64,000 bases of DNA from the NCBI GenBank assembly GCA_964571825.1, contig CAZNDQ010000001.1:5540-69539 (forward strand). The letters are read 5' to 3'. A model generated the notes under the pieces. It saw only the letters and a program-made list of their open reading frames with translations. It ran no database searches and was not told the DNA's origin. Origin of the DNA: an uncultured Planctomycetales bacterium. Its GTDB lineage: Bacteria > Planctomycetota > Phycisphaerae > UBA1845 > G020352895. Numbering within the stretch: the first letter of the stretch is position 1; the number at the start of each line of letters is the position of its first letter. The position numbers and the translations under genes were made by a program. Below, piece after piece: positions 34,764 through 44,525 of the stretch.

Positions 34764-35595
34764 TCAGCGCGTCGATGATGTCGGATGCGGTTGGCTCGCT
34801 CATTCCCTGGGCAATCTCCACCGCGCGCCGCCCAATGCTTTCCGGGTCGAGCCCGGTGCGGACCGCAACGGCGCCGATCGCCGAGGCGATCTGGTTGCCG
34901 ACAATGGCGTGGTTCGTGTCGTCGATGAACGCGTTGGCGCCAGCGGCACCGATGTACCGCAGCAGCTCCTCGCGCTCGTCATGCCACATCGTCGCCATCA
35001 ACACGAACGCTGACGCGGCGTCGGTGGGGTCAAGCATCGCAACGGACAGCTCCGGGATGTTGGTGTCACGGTGCGAAACGCACGAGTCACGCAGCGCTTC
35101 GATGAACTCGTGGTCGATGCGCTCAGGGATGGGACCACGCGCGCGGCGGACCTGCACATAGGTGCGCAGCAGACAGCCAATCTGATCGCTATCGAGATTC
35201 TTCAGCATCCACTCCGGCGTACCGAAGCAGGGGCAGTTGTCGTCGGGCGACAGGCATGCGCGGTACAGCGCCTCCACCGTCTTCACGTCGACGAGCTGGT
35301 CCGCGTCGTTGCTCGCGCGCTGCGCAGCGTCGCCGGTGAGACCAGCCGCAGCGACACGTGCCGCAACGAACGCGTGAGCCGCGTTGACGGCAGCGATGTC
35401 GTCCCACTTGCTGTTGACCACGAATCGGATCTTCGGCAGCGGTGCGCCGTCGTGCCCGAAGAACCCCGTGACGTCAACGTCCTGGTAGTACTGCGGGCGC
35501 GCCTCGTAGGCAGCCTGCCACGGCGTCTTCGGCTCTGCCGGCTTGTTGCCGGGCATGTGAGACTTCGCCGGCTGCGTCTGTCCGGGTCGTTTCAT
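34732..35595 (-). CDS. hypothetical protein
   Basis: ATG at 35595 preceded by GGAGGAGGG. The longer ORF upstream of it is only the translated tRNA. Confidence 0.5.
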   Translation of the reverse strand: MKRPGQTQPAKSHMPGNKPAEPKTPWQAAYEARPQYYQDVDVTGFFGHDGAPLPKIRFVVNSKWDDIAAVNAAHAFVAARVAAAGLTGDAAQRASNDADQLVDVKTVEALYRACLSPDDNCPCFGTPEWMLKNLDSDQIGCLLRTYVQVRRARGPIPERIDHEFIEALRDSCVSHRDTNIPELSVAMLDPTDAASAFVLMATMWHDEREELLRYIGAAGANAFIDDTNHAIVGNQIASAIGAVAVRTGLDPESIGRRAVEIAQGMSEPTASDIIDALSEIQPEHAGT

Positions 35596-35647
35596 TGCTT
35601 CCCTCCTCCGGTCTGTCGCGGTATTCGTGGCCCCGCGCGGCCGAAGG

Positions 35648-35720
35648 TCTGAGCGGCACGATTCGAACGTGCGACCCCGAGCACCCAAGGCTCGTGCGCT
35701 ACCAACTGCGCTACGCTCAG
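35648..35720 (-). tRNA. tRNA-Pro (anticodon UGG)
   Basis: Full cloverleaf read by hand: CTGAGCG-TA-GCGC-AGTTGGTA-GCGC-A-CGAGC-CTTGGGT-GCTCG-GGGTC-GCACG-TTCGAAT-CGTGC-CGCTCAG-A. Has C1:G72, G37 and A73. Confidence 0.9.
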
Positions 35721-36340
35721 TCTTTCGTCGTCGCAGCACGCGCCGCGCGATACGCGAGCCACTGCCCGTCGGTCATGTCGCCAATCGGCACACCGAAGAA
35801 CCGGTCAGGCCGCTGAATGACGCGACTGCCGACTGGCTTGCCGCGCGCGTCGACAATCTCCTCGCGGCCGTCGGTGCAGCCCGCAAGCGCCGCGGCGCGT
35901 GCGTAGTTGCTCGGATGCGCGGCGCCGAGCGTAAGGTAAGCAAGCCAAGCGTCGTGGTTGCAACGCAGCAGCGACGGCGACACGGTGCGCAGCGCCCTCA
36001 CCGTTGCGGCGATGACCGCGTCCGCGTCGCGCTCGTCCATGTCGAGCACAGCGCGCGCCGTGGCGAACATGCGCCGTCCGCCTGCGTCGTGCAACGACAG
36101 CGCGGTCAGTTCCGCGCCGAGCATGTACGCGCGCACCTCTTCGCTGTGCTCTGCGACGGCGTCTACCGCTGCCGCGTCGTCCAGCGGGTGCAGTGCGCGC
36201 ACCTCGGCGTCAAAACAAAAAGCCCCGCCCTCCGCCCCTGCGATCGGCAGTCGTACAGGAAGCGAAGCGCGGGGCGCGCGAAGAAGGAGCCGAAAGAGAC
36301 GTTCTGCCGGTACGTCACTCGGCGGACCGCTCGGATCCAT
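35717..36340 (-). CDS. hypothetical protein (tail assembly chaperone position)
   Basis: Lies between the tube and tape measure genes. Stop codon overlaps the first 4 nt of the tRNA. Confidence 0.45.
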   Translation of the reverse strand: MDPSGPPSDVPAERLFRLLLRAPRASLPVRLPIAGAEGGAFCFDAEVRALHPLDDAAAVDAVAEHSEEVRAYMLGAELTALSLHDAGGRRMFATARAVLDMDERDADAVIAATVRALRTVSPSLLRCNHDAWLAYLTLGAAHPSNYARAAALAGCTDGREEIVDARGKPVGSRVIQRPDRFFGVPIGDMTDGQWLAYRAARAATTKD

Positions 36341-36381
36341 CGTCTATGTCGCGGCTCGCGCCGCCCCTCCGTTGAACGCGC

Positions 36382-36762
36382 CTACTTGAAGCGCGGTGCC
36401 GGCGAGCCGACGCTGGACATCTCGATCGATTCCGTGGTCGGTGCGCCACTGGCCGCCGAGCGCTTGTAGCTCTCGACGATGAACTTGCCGACCAGCTTGT
36501 CTGGTGCGGCGATGCCCTGGACCTTGATCTCCACCTCGGTGCGCGCCTCTTTCGCGGCGGCCCAGTCGTACTCGGTGCCCGCCTTGGGGACAGCGTTCGT
36601 GATGGAGATCATCGTCACGTCGGGTCCAGGTGCGGGACCCGCGCGACCGAGCGGAATGGTATCCACTGGCGCGTTGGTGTTGGGCTGGTCGACGTCGATG
36701 GTTTGGTTCTGGTAGATCAGAATGCCATCGGCCCAAAGCGTCATGCCGAGGTAAAGCGACAA
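36382..36762 (-). CDS. tail tube protein
   Basis: 126 aa, directly after the sheath gene. TTG start after GGAG. Confidence 0.55.
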   Translation of the reverse strand: MSLYLGMTLWADGILIYQNQTIDVDQPNTNAPVDTIPLGRAGPAPGPDVTMISITNAVPKAGTEYDWAAAKEARTEVEIKVQGIAAPDKLVGKFIVESYKRSAASGAPTTESIEMSSVGSPAPRFK

Positions 36763-36780
36763 GGCGTGCTCCGTTCAGTT

Positions 36781-36810
36781 GCGCGCCGACGCGAAGGGGC
36801 GTCAGCGCGC
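36781..36810 (-). other. 12-bp GC-rich hairpin between the sheath and tube genes
   Basis: GCGCGCTGACGC-CCCTTC-GCGTCGGCGCGC on the minus strand, with no U tract. Confidence 0.5.
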
Positions 36811-36829
36811 TAAGGATGTTGACGTGGCG

Positions 36830-38407
36830 CTAGTACGCCTGACCGGACTCCGCGATCACGGTGCCGGTCTTGATGAGGTGCTCGATCGTCTTCTTGTCCT
36901 GGAAGATGCTGAACGAGCCGCCGCCGTTGTAGACGCAGCTGAACTTCTCCAGCATCTCCTGCTTCGCACTCGGCTTCATGATCGGACCCGGATAAAGACC
37001 GTACGGCGAGTTGCTGCACATCTCATTGAGATGGTTCTCGTAGATCGCCACGATGTCGGCCGGCGTGGTCGTCAGCGCGGGCGGCAGCTGCCCTTCCGGC
37101 GGATCGTCGTCCGCGTTCGGCTGGAGCTTCGCAGTCATCGAACCGAAGAACAGCTCCCAGTTGCTGTGCAGACAGCGCGGGATGTGGCCCTCGCGGACCT
37201 TGTAGTCGTTGCTTCCGGCACTGTTCAGCGACTGGTTCGTGATGAAGCGCTTGATGCGCATCGCGCCCCTCTCGTACGTGATCGGGATAATCCCGTTGTC
37301 GAGCGCGGTTCGGATCTCCGTGTCCGTCGGCACGTCGGCCTCGAGACGCGGGCGCGGGATGTTGACCGCCAGTCCGTTGATGTTCGCCGCGGGGTAGGCG
37401 ATCTGGTGCTTGCGCGCCTGAGCCGCCATGTACGCGGCGATCCAGCCGCCGGGCCAGTCGTTGTTTTCCGCCCACGTGCAGTGCGCGGTCCACAGGTTCA
37501 TCTGGGCATCGGTCGACACCGTCACGGCTTCCGTGTTGGTGCCGGTGAGGCCGACAAACAGCAGCGTGTCGACGCCGTTGATCGGAAGCGCCAGGGTGCG
37601 CAGCGCTTCGGTCAACTCGCCAAGTCCGTTGTCGGTCGCAGTTGGGGCGCTCGTCGGGCTCTTCGGCGTGACGACGTAGTAGAAGAGATTCTCCTTGGCG
37701 CGCGCCGTCAGCGCAGCGATCGCCGCGGTGTGGTCGTCCTCGGTCGCACCGGCTACAGCGTCGGCGGTCTGCTTCTGCGCGACCTGCGTGTTGGTCGGCC
37801 CGATGAGCCGCACGCGCAAGCCGAGCGTCGCCGACGCGCCCTGGATGAGCGCGGTGCCGCGCGGACCGATGTTCGCCGCGGTCACCACCACGTCGAGCCC
37901 GGTCGTTGCCGCGGTCGGCGCAGCTGCGGTGAACGGACAGCGCCCGCCCTCGGCTGCGTTGATGGCCGACTGCACGCGCGCCGCGACGGTCGCCTCGCTC
38001 TCGTTGGCCTTGCGCGGCACTTCGATGGTTCCGTCTGCCCAGTCGATCGCGATGGTGCCCGGCTGATCCGACGTTCCCTGAATGTTGAGGACCGTGGCCG
38101 CAGCGGTGCCGCCCGACTCGGTGGGACAGAGCACGTAGATCGTGCCACTGGGATCCACTTTCCGAATCTGCCGGTACATCCACGCGGCTTCGCTGCGCGG
38201 ACCGAGGCGCGACTCAGCGTCGGCGTCGTCGGCGATCGGCGTGAGACTGATCGCGTCGACCGTCTCGGTACCGCCGCTCGTCTTGTTGCCGATGACGAGG
38301 TACGGCAAGGAGCTGACAGCGCCGGGTCCTCCGCCGCTGCCGGGACGGTACTCTCTCCGGTGTGCTGGAGACGGATCGGTGGGGTCTACCCCAAGCAGGC
38401 CAGCCAT
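36830..38407 (-). CDS. contractile tail sheath protein
   Basis: 525 aa, upstream of the tube gene in a Mu/P2-like order. Confidence 0.7.
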   Translation of the reverse strand: MAGLLGVDPTDPSPAHRREYRPGSGGGPGAVSSLPYLVIGNKTSGGTETVDAISLTPIADDADAESRLGPRSEAAWMYRQIRKVDPSGTIYVLCPTESGGTAAATVLNIQGTSDQPGTIAIDWADGTIEVPRKANESEATVAARVQSAINAAEGGRCPFTAAAPTAATTGLDVVVTAANIGPRGTALIQGASATLGLRVRLIGPTNTQVAQKQTADAVAGATEDDHTAAIAALTARAKENLFYYVVTPKSPTSAPTATDNGLGELTEALRTLALPINGVDTLLFVGLTGTNTEAVTVSTDAQMNLWTAHCTWAENNDWPGGWIAAYMAAQARKHQIAYPAANINGLAVNIPRPRLEADVPTDTEIRTALDNGIIPITYERGAMRIKRFITNQSLNSAGSNDYKVREGHIPRCLHSNWELFFGSMTAKLQPNADDDPPEGQLPPALTTTPADIVAIYENHLNEMCSNSPYGLYPGPIMKPSAKQEMLEKFSCVYNGGGSFSIFQDKKTIEHLIKTGTVIAESGQAY

Positions 38408-38719
38408 TTACTTGTCACCCTTCTTCTTCACGGCAGCCGACGCAGGCATCAGCATTGCGCCCGCCTCGGCAATCGACTTGCAGCACACGACCTTGCCGTC
38501 GCCGATCAGATCGCCTCGCGACAGCGCCTTGCGGATCGCTCCGTCCAGCGCCACCACCTCGGTGCACGGCGCGTATCGGTCGACGAGGCTCACGGGCTTG
38601 TCGAGCTTCTCCAGCTCGTCCCAGCCCTTCTCGCGCTGGCCGGCAAAGCGCTTTCCCGTCGTATCGGGATGCGGGACAAGCACGCCAGGCTTGCCCGTGA
38701 CGCAGACGAATCGCTGCAT
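38408..38719 (-). CDS. hypothetical protein
   Basis: Abuts the sheath start with a 0-nt gap. Confidence 0.45.
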   Translation of the reverse strand: MQRFVCVTGKPGVLVPHPDTTGKRFAGQREKGWDELEKLDKPVSLVDRYAPCTEVVALDGAIRKALSRGDLIGDGKVVCCKSIAEAGAMLMPASAAVKKKGDK

Positions 38720-38802
38720 GGGTGTATCTCCGTTGCGGCGCGTGTCGCGCTGCGGTGAATCGGCGCGGAGCGCGAAGCATCCGCGGTAGTTGGTGTGCGT
38801 CG

Positions 38803-39324
38803 CTACGGGTCGATGCAGATCCGAAGCCGCGAGAAGTTCGTTCCGTCGAAGCGGAAGTCAGCGCTGCCCGTGTTGCCGGCAGGGAACGTGAAGATCGTCC
38901 CGCCACCAGCGCCGCCATTGACAACAGCGATCGTGTAGATGCTCAGGTCATTGCGGACGATGGTCACGACGGCGCCAACCGGCACGCCCGTAGGCGACAG
39001 CGTCAGTGTGCGATCGTCGCTCAGCGTCGACGCGGGCATCGTGAAGATCGTCCCGCTGCCGATGCTCAGCGTGGCGTCGGCGTTGCCGAGTGCAGCGCTC
39101 GCCGCGGTGTCGCCGAAGATGGCATGCCACCGGCCAGCGTCGCCGCCGGTGTGGCCGATGACGGTGAGCCCGTTCGTAGCGGTCGTATCGTCCGCGACCC
39201 AGCGGTACATCAGGCCGTTGTCGACCACGTACGCCCAGTGGCGCGACCTCGCGTAGCCACGCTGTGCCGCAAGCGTCGACACGTCGTCGTAGATTGCTGC
39301 GCTGCGCGGTACAGTGGGTGCCAT
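38803..39324 (-). CDS. hypothetical head-tail joining module protein
   Basis: Position only. Confidence 0.4.
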   Translation of the reverse strand: MAPTVPRSAAIYDDVSTLAAQRGYARSRHWAYVVDNGLMYRWVADDTTATNGLTVIGHTGGDAGRWHAIFGDTAASAALGNADATLSIGSGTIFTMPASTLSDDRTLTLSPTGVPVGAVVTIVRNDLSIYTIAVVNGGAGGGTIFTFPAGNTGSADFRFDGTNFSRLRICIDP

Positions 39325-40085
39325 CAGTCTGCTCCGCCGTCAGGCGTTGGGCTCGGCGCATCGACGACGCGGTCAGTCCACAGCGCGTCGCTGCCGTCGT
39401 GCTTCACTGTCGCCCTGATGTCGCGCGTCAGCGCGTCCGCGCCGGCTTGTCCGATCAGCTCACGCACTGTCCAGCGCGCTTGCACAGCGGGGTATCCTCG
39501 CTGCACCGCACCGTCGCCGCCGCTGTTACGCGACGCGCTCAGCGGTCGCTGCCCCGGCTCGAGCTGCACGTGGCCGAACGACGAGCCGTCGTACTGCCAC
39601 CCCTCGATGCCGAGGCGGTTCGCGATCGTCTCGCCAACCGGCATCGTGCCGTAGCTGAACGTCTCGTGAAAGCCTAGCTTCGTTGCGCGCCCGAGCGTCG
39701 CGTCGACCAGGCTGTACAGCCCGTTCATCGTCTCGCTCGGGATGAGCTGCTCGGCGAAGATGTACAACGCGCGCAGCTGCGTCACGCGCTCGTCAACCAG
39801 CTGCGTGTACGGCCGCGTCACGATCGACTCGCGCCACATGTACAGCGCTGGCGGGTTGCGTCGCGCATGACCACGACCCGGATCGCACGCCACCGCGTTG
39901 CCTGACGGGACCGCCGCGTTGGGCTGTCCAGCGATGTTGGCCAGCCGCGTGTTGAGGTCGGCGTTGAGCCAGTGCGCGAAGTAGCTGAGCAGTCCGATGA
40001 CGAGCGGGTCATTGACCTGCGTGTCGGCATCGCCAGCAACCAGCGGCAGATCATGTGCGCCGACCGTGCTCGCAGTGGTCGGCAT
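39324..40085 (-). CDS. hypothetical protein
   Basis: Position only. Confidence 0.4.
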   Translation of the reverse strand: MPTTASTVGAHDLPLVAGDADTQVNDPLVIGLLSYFAHWLNADLNTRLANIAGQPNAAVPSGNAVACDPGRGHARRNPPALYMWRESIVTRPYTQLVDERVTQLRALYIFAEQLIPSETMNGLYSLVDATLGRATKLGFHETFSYGTMPVGETIANRLGIEGWQYDGSSFGHVQLEPGQRPLSASRNSGGDGAVQRGYPAVQARWTVRELIGQAGADALTRDIRATVKHDGSDALWTDRVVDAPSPTPDGGAD

Positions 40086-40088
40086 GGC

Positions 40089-40493
40089 TCAGCCCTCGGG
40101 GTTCGGTTGGCGACGGTTCAGCGCGCGCAGGACCAGCGTGCGACGGAACGGCCGCGACGTGTCGATCGCCTCGCCTGTGTAGTCGCCTTCGTTCGGTCCT
40201 TCGACCTGGTAGAACACCTCGGTCAGCGACGACTCGCTCGGGTTCAACTCGGCCGGCGTCATCATGATGTTCACCGGCGTGCACACCAGCGTACGCCCAC
40301 CGTCGCGCTCCTGCACGCGCGGGCGCGGCAAGATCTCAGTCCGCTCGTCGGTGTACGATCCAGTCCGGACCGCGCCTCCGTCATGGGTGCGCACCACAGC
40401 GAAGATGCGGTTCGTGCGCACGTCGAGCCCCGTGGGACCGGCGATCTGTTGGATCACCTGGTAGACGGGGCGGAACGATTCGCGGAACGTCAC
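40089..40493 (-). CDS. hypothetical protein
   Basis: GTG start, packed in the operon. Confidence 0.4.
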   Translation of the reverse strand: MTFRESFRPVYQVIQQIAGPTGLDVRTNRIFAVVRTHDGGAVRTGSYTDERTEILPRPRVQERDGGRTLVCTPVNIMMTPAELNPSESSLTEVFYQVEGPNEGDYTGEAIDTSRPFRRTLVLRALNRRQPNPEG

Positions 40494-40494
40494 G

Positions 40495-40671
40495 TCAGTT
40501 CGGCGCGTCGCATGGCGAGAGCATCGCCTTGAGGATCGCTTCGATCTGCGGCTCGTTGAGATCGCAGTCGCGGATCATGTCCACCACGGTGGCGCGCACC
40601 TCGTCAACGGTGCTGTCGGCGATGAGTGCCACGATGGGCAGGAGCGCTTCGATGCGTGCGGAGAGGGTCAT
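40495..40671 (-). CDS. possible 58-aa protein
   Basis: ATG after a GGAGA SD. High GC3. Fills the gap between flanking genes. Confidence 0.35.
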   Translation of the reverse strand: MTLSARIEALLPIVALIADSTVDEVRATVVDMIRDCDLNEPQIEAILKAMLSPCDAPN

Positions 40672-40675
40672 GGCG

Positions 40676-41830
40676 CTATCTCCTCAACTCCCACCTAACA
40701 GTGGCCGTGCTGCTCGCATTGGAGCTATTCAGTGTGAACCCGCTGGTTGCCTTGCTGGTAACCCAGAAGTTCTCATCGGCCTCGCCACCGAGCAGGACGC
40801 CATAGTTGGCATCGGGTTCCGTCGCCGCAAAGCTCACCGCCTTCGTGCTCGCGCCCGTGAACGTGGCGAGGCCACCAGGATTGAGCACGTTCACGATGGC
40901 TGGAGATGGTCCCGCAACGACGTTCACCGGAAGCGCCTGGTAGCCACCAGAATCGATGATGCAGGCGCCTACGGTGTTGTTGACTTCCAGCGCGATGTTC
41001 GGTGACGAGAGTGCCTGCCGGTTGTTGAGCCAGCAGAACCCAACGCACAGCTCCGCGTTGACGAGGCGTCTCGGGTCGCCCGACGCTTGCGTGATCCGGC
41101 AGCCTTGAACGGTGGTGTTGGTGCAGCGGTAGAACTTCAGCGACGGATCGGCAGCGGTATGTTCGACGTGGATCGCCTGAAGCGACAGCGCCTCGCACCA
41201 CTCGAACCGCGCTACGCCCTCGCCGGCAAGCCCGGTGCCACCGGTCCCCTGAATGAGCCCGCCTGCCCAGTTGAACGTCTGGGCGTAATACAGCAGGCAA
41301 TCGTTTTGCGTGTTCTGGTTCACGCGCAGGTTCGACGCGCGCGTCTGCTTTGCGCCGTCGTTGCTGTCGCCCTCGGTGCCAACCTGCAGCCCAATTAGGC
41401 AATTCTGAATGTGGACGTTGTTGATCGACGTGTCCTGCGCGTCGCCGTGCAGCCACAAGCCGGCACCGTCGGCGTCATTGACGATCCACAGGTTGCTCAG
41501 GTCACAGAAGTGCGCACCGTCCACCTCGATTCCGCCACCGTCGAGCTTGAAGTTGCGCAGGTAGTGCTGAATCCAATACGCGGCGCCGTCGTAGGATGGC
41601 TCGACGATGATCGCCGGACCGCTGCCGGTGTAGCGCAGCGTAGTCAGCGCGGGCCCCGACCCCTCGATGCCTCCAAGTGTTCCTGTCGAGATCGTCAACG
41701 GAGTGTCGAACTCGTGTGTCCCAGGCGGGAACACCAGCGGAGCACCGATAGCGAGGGCCGGTGACAGTGACAGTGCCGGATCGCCGGATCGAAAGATCAC
41801 GGCCGCCCTGTTGTCCGCCCGCCAACTCAT
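40676..41830 (-). CDS. right-handed β-helix (pectate-lyase-fold) protein, possible depolymerase
   Basis: Repeated N/C-containing turns (NNVHIQNC, GCRITQ, NNTVGACIID) typical of parallel β-helix repeats. Confidence 0.5.
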   Translation of the reverse strand: MSWRADNRAAVIFRSGDPALSLSPALAIGAPLVFPPGTHEFDTPLTISTGTLGGIEGSGPALTTLRYTGSGPAIIVEPSYDGAAYWIQHYLRNFKLDGGGIEVDGAHFCDLSNLWIVNDADGAGLWLHGDAQDTSINNVHIQNCLIGLQVGTEGDSNDGAKQTRASNLRVNQNTQNDCLLYYAQTFNWAGGLIQGTGGTGLAGEGVARFEWCEALSLQAIHVEHTAADPSLKFYRCTNTTVQGCRITQASGDPRRLVNAELCVGFCWLNNRQALSSPNIALEVNNTVGACIIDSGGYQALPVNVVAGPSPAIVNVLNPGGLATFTGASTKAVSFAATEPDANYGVLLGGEADENFWVTSKATSGFTLNSSNASSTATVRWELRR

Positions 41831-42618
41831 AAGCCGTATCGCTCAGTGGCGTACGACTCAAGCTGCTCGCACTGCGCGTCGCTTAGTCGTGAACTCCACA
41901 CCCCGCCCTCGGCGTATCCGATTGACGGTGGGTCTCCGCCGAGCGTCAGATTGCCCACGGTGAGCGACCCTAGGCTATCAGATGTAGTTGGCGTGTCGAG
42001 GTACGAATCCGCTGCCACCTCGGTGCCGTTGAGCCGCAGGCTGTAGCCCGTTGCGTCGGTGCGCGTGATGATGACGTGCTGCCCAACGCCCATGGCAGGT
42101 GCGCCGCCGCCAGACAGGTTGACGACGAATGATGTCCCGCTGCCGTTTCCGATCTGCCAGAGGAGAGCGCCCGACGTTCCCACACCAAGGTCGAACCCGA
42201 TGCGCGAGTTGAGTGAGCGCAGCGTGGAGAAGAACGCGCCGGCATCTGCTGCGTCCACATCAATCACATGAAACGTCGTGCAGTCGGTACCGTTGTGCAG
42301 CCGGTTGAACACACTCTTGGCGCCACCGAAAACGAGCGCGTGCGATGTGTCGGCGTTGGCGTAGGTGATGCTCGGCCGGTTGTTCAGGTCGGCGTTTTCT
42401 GCGTCGTACAGCGGCTGAGCGGACGCCGTCCCCTGCGCAACGTTGTTGCCGTTGCCACTCTGGTCGGCCCACGCGCTGACGTCCGTGCCGTTCAGCGTCA
42501 CCCCCATGTCGGCCCGCAGCCACAGCACCGCGCCGGCGATGTCCGTCGGCAGGAACGGCGCAATCGCACCCCGCCGCCTCCGCCCGCGGCGCAGAACCCA
42601 CTCAATGGCGCTGGACAT
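41827..42618 (-). CDS. LamG / concanavalin-A-like lectin-fold protein
   Basis: The WLRAD..DQSGNGNN..G....P pattern is typical of Laminin_G_3-type domains. Confidence 0.45.
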   Translation of the reverse strand: MSSAIEWVLRRGRRRRGAIAPFLPTDIAGAVLWLRADMGVTLNGTDVSAWADQSGNGNNVAQGTASAQPLYDAENADLNNRPSITYANADTSHALVFGGAKSVFNRLHNGTDCTTFHVIDVDAADAGAFFSTLRSLNSRIGFDLGVGTSGALLWQIGNGSGTSFVVNLSGGGAPAMGVGQHVIITRTDATGYSLRLNGTEVAADSYLDTPTTSDSLGSLTVGNLTLGGDPPSIGYAEGGVWSSRLSDAQCEQLESYATERYGL

Positions 42619-42627
42619 GTCGTTGCG

Positions 42628-43653
42628 TCAGCTTCGCGCCGGCATACCCAGCGCCGCGCACAACTCCGCCGTGACGGGGTCGTACACGCGCCGCATGCGC
42701 AGCGAGATGGCGATATCAGCGGCAAGCATGGGCAGGATGAGCAGCGGTTCGATGGCGGCGACACCGGCGGCAGCAATGCACCTCACGGCGAGGTCCGCGG
42801 CGACGATGAAACGAGCGTTGCGTACCGGGGCGAGGGCATGTGCTCCGATGAGGAGGGCCACGACCACAGCCTCGGCGCCCGTGGCAATGCCGGTGGGCAA
42901 CAGGAGGAACGGGAGAGGAGAGAGGAGCAGAAGGTCCGTCAAGAGACGGTGCGGAGCGCCGCGCTGGTGAGCGCGCGCGTAGGGATTGTCGTGGCCGCGC
43001 GACGATGCGCGCAGCACCCGCCACGCGAGGCGCGGACCGTACAGCAGCGCCAGGGACGCGACCCACACTGCGATGCCGATTGCGACGCCCAGGAGAGCCA
43101 CAGGCGCGCCGTAGAGACACGCGGCGGCAACGGCGGGCAGGGAGAACGCGGCGCCCTCCTTGAGGCTCAGCAGCGCGAAGACGAGGACCGCGACGCCGAG
43201 CAGCGAGCCGTGGAGCCCGGCACCAATGGCGAGCAGCGTCACGGCAGCGACGGGTCCGTCCTGCAGCGCGCGGCGCCCCACGATGTGGAGCAGCGGCGAG
43301 ACGAGACAGAGCGCCACGGCCGCGTATGCGATCGTGTACTCGGTGAGGATGTCAGCGAACGCATACGCGGCGGCGAGCGGCGCCATGAGCAGCGACAGCA
43401 GCGGCAAGGCGCGGTGCGATACGCGGCGGAACAGCGCGACCAGCAGCAGCCAGAGCCACCGCGTCGGTGCGGGGAAGCAGTGCAGGTCGGGGCGATCGAC
43501 GAACCGCTGCGCGAGGCGGCGGAGCGCGCCGATGCCCTCGGTGCGGGTCGCGTCGGCCTGTGCCGTGTAGACGATCTCGTCGTAGCCCGCGACGGGCGGC
43601 GGGTCGGCTGGGATGCGGCCGGAGACGGCGGCGTAGAGCTGGGCGGCGGTCAT
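42628..43653 (-). CDS. polytopic membrane protein (about 9-10 TM)
   Basis: Hydrophobicity pattern. Sits in the GT/methyltransferase cluster. Confidence 0.55.
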   Translation of the reverse strand: MTAAQLYAAVSGRIPADPPPVAGYDEIVYTAQADATRTEGIGALRRLAQRFVDRPDLHCFPAPTRWLWLLLVALFRRVSHRALPLLSLLMAPLAAAYAFADILTEYTIAYAAVALCLVSPLLHIVGRRALQDGPVAAVTLLAIGAGLHGSLLGVAVLVFALLSLKEGAAFSLPAVAAACLYGAPVALLGVAIGIAVWVASLALLYGPRLAWRVLRASSRGHDNPYARAHQRGAPHRLLTDLLLLSPLPFLLLPTGIATGAEAVVVALLIGAHALAPVRNARFIVAADLAVRCIAAAGVAAIEPLLILPMLAADIAISLRMRRVYDPVTAELCAALGMPARS

Positions 43654-43826
43654 TCGCCCACCGTGTCCGCAGCAAGCCGTGCGTCAAGCGCAGCAACGCG
43701 GCACCATGACGACAGGCTGGAATGCACCAGGTCGGATCGCAGGTGCGCGTCCGCGATTGCCATGGTTCCGATCGTGCTCAGCGCAAGCACAATCGAACCG
43801 AAGAACCACGAGTCGTTGAGTTCCAT
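43650..43826 (-). CDS. small single-TM protein
   Basis: ATG at 43826 lies 7 nt after the TATGCG of a class II motif. ATGA overlap downstream. Confidence 0.4.
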   Translation of the reverse strand: MELNDSWFFGSIVLALSTIGTMAIADAHLRSDLVHSSLSSWCRVAALDARLAADTVGE

Positions 43827-43831
43827 GCCGC

Positions 43832-43848
43832 GCCGCATAGCACGACAC
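43832..43848 (-). promoter_or_regulatory. class II 17-mer GTGTCGTGCTATGCGGC
   Basis: 17/17 match. Confidence 0.6.
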
Positions 43849-43861
43849 GGCAGCGCTGCAC

Positions 43862-44491
43862 CTAGCGCCGAAACACACCCAGCGTCATCGTCGCAGCGTT
43901 GGTCTTGTCGCCCTTGAGCCGACGTAGCGGTGGCGATTCGTCACGCCACCCTGCGTCACGCAGCAGTTTGCAGCACTCGCGCGGCACGTCGAAGTCGCGA
44001 TCGTCGAACACGAACAGCGATACGCGCGGCGACGCAATGACCTGCTCGGTGAAGCGGCGCTGCTCGTCGGCGTGGTCGCCGTCGTAGAACACCACGTCGT
44101 AGTCCAGCGGCGCGGCGAGCGTCTCACTGCGGTCGAACGCGACGGAAAGCTCCGGCGCGTCGAAGTACTTGAGGCGGTTGCGGTCGAAGTCGACCGGCTT
44201 CGCTGGGCGCCCTACCCACTGGTCCGCCACGTGGGCGTCGACCGTGTGGAGCCGCCAATTCTCCGGCGACTCACGCAGCGAATGCACGATGCCGCACGTC
44301 GACAAGCCGCGGTAGTGGCCCACCTCCAGGATGCGGTACTCGCTGCCGTAGCAGTCGCCGCCGCGGACCAGCGCCATCAGCAGGTCCAGCTCCGCGACGC
44401 TGAGTAGGCCACCCTGCGCGCCCCACACCTCTGCGCCGAGCGCTTTGATTTGCGCGGCGTTCATGGCCTGGGTGGCGTTGTGTCGCGGCAC
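43862..44491 (-). CDS. class I SAM-dependent methyltransferase
   Basis: ILEVGHYRGLST (motif I-like) and VFYDGDH (post-I acidic loop). Confidence 0.55.
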   Translation of the reverse strand: MPRHNATQAMNAAQIKALGAEVWGAQGGLLSVAELDLLMALVRGGDCYGSEYRILEVGHYRGLSTCGIVHSLRESPENWRLHTVDAHVADQWVGRPAKPVDFDRNRLKYFDAPELSVAFDRSETLAAPLDYDVVFYDGDHADEQRRFTEQVIASPRVSLFVFDDRDFDVPRECCKLLRDAGWRDESPPLRRLKGDKTNAATMTLGVFRR

Positions 44492-44525
44492 TCGTCAGCC
44501 CCGCGCGGCTGTATCGTCTGCGCAG

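Noticed and set aside
36205-36235. A programmed frameshift or terminator at the T-rich run GGGGCTTTTTGTTTTGAC inside the chaperone-position gene.
   Set aside because: No X XXY YYZ heptamer lies in the zero frame, and there is no complementary stem upstream of the T run. It remains an unexplained local AT patch.
35627-36469. A + strand 280-aa ORF, and the N-terminal extension of ORF 34732..35739.
   Set aside because: Both simply read through the tRNA-Pro gene or its complement. The real start of the downstream gene is the SD-preceded ATG at 35595.
42268-43917. A 549-aa + strand ORF. Similar long ORFs at 13814..15025, 47706..48968, 36779..38758 and 49876..51279 raised the same question.
   Set aside because: They are Arg/Ala/Gly-rich antisense shadows of well-supported minus-strand genes (membrane protein, endolysin, capsid, sheath, glycosyltransferase), as is typical of high-GC DNA.
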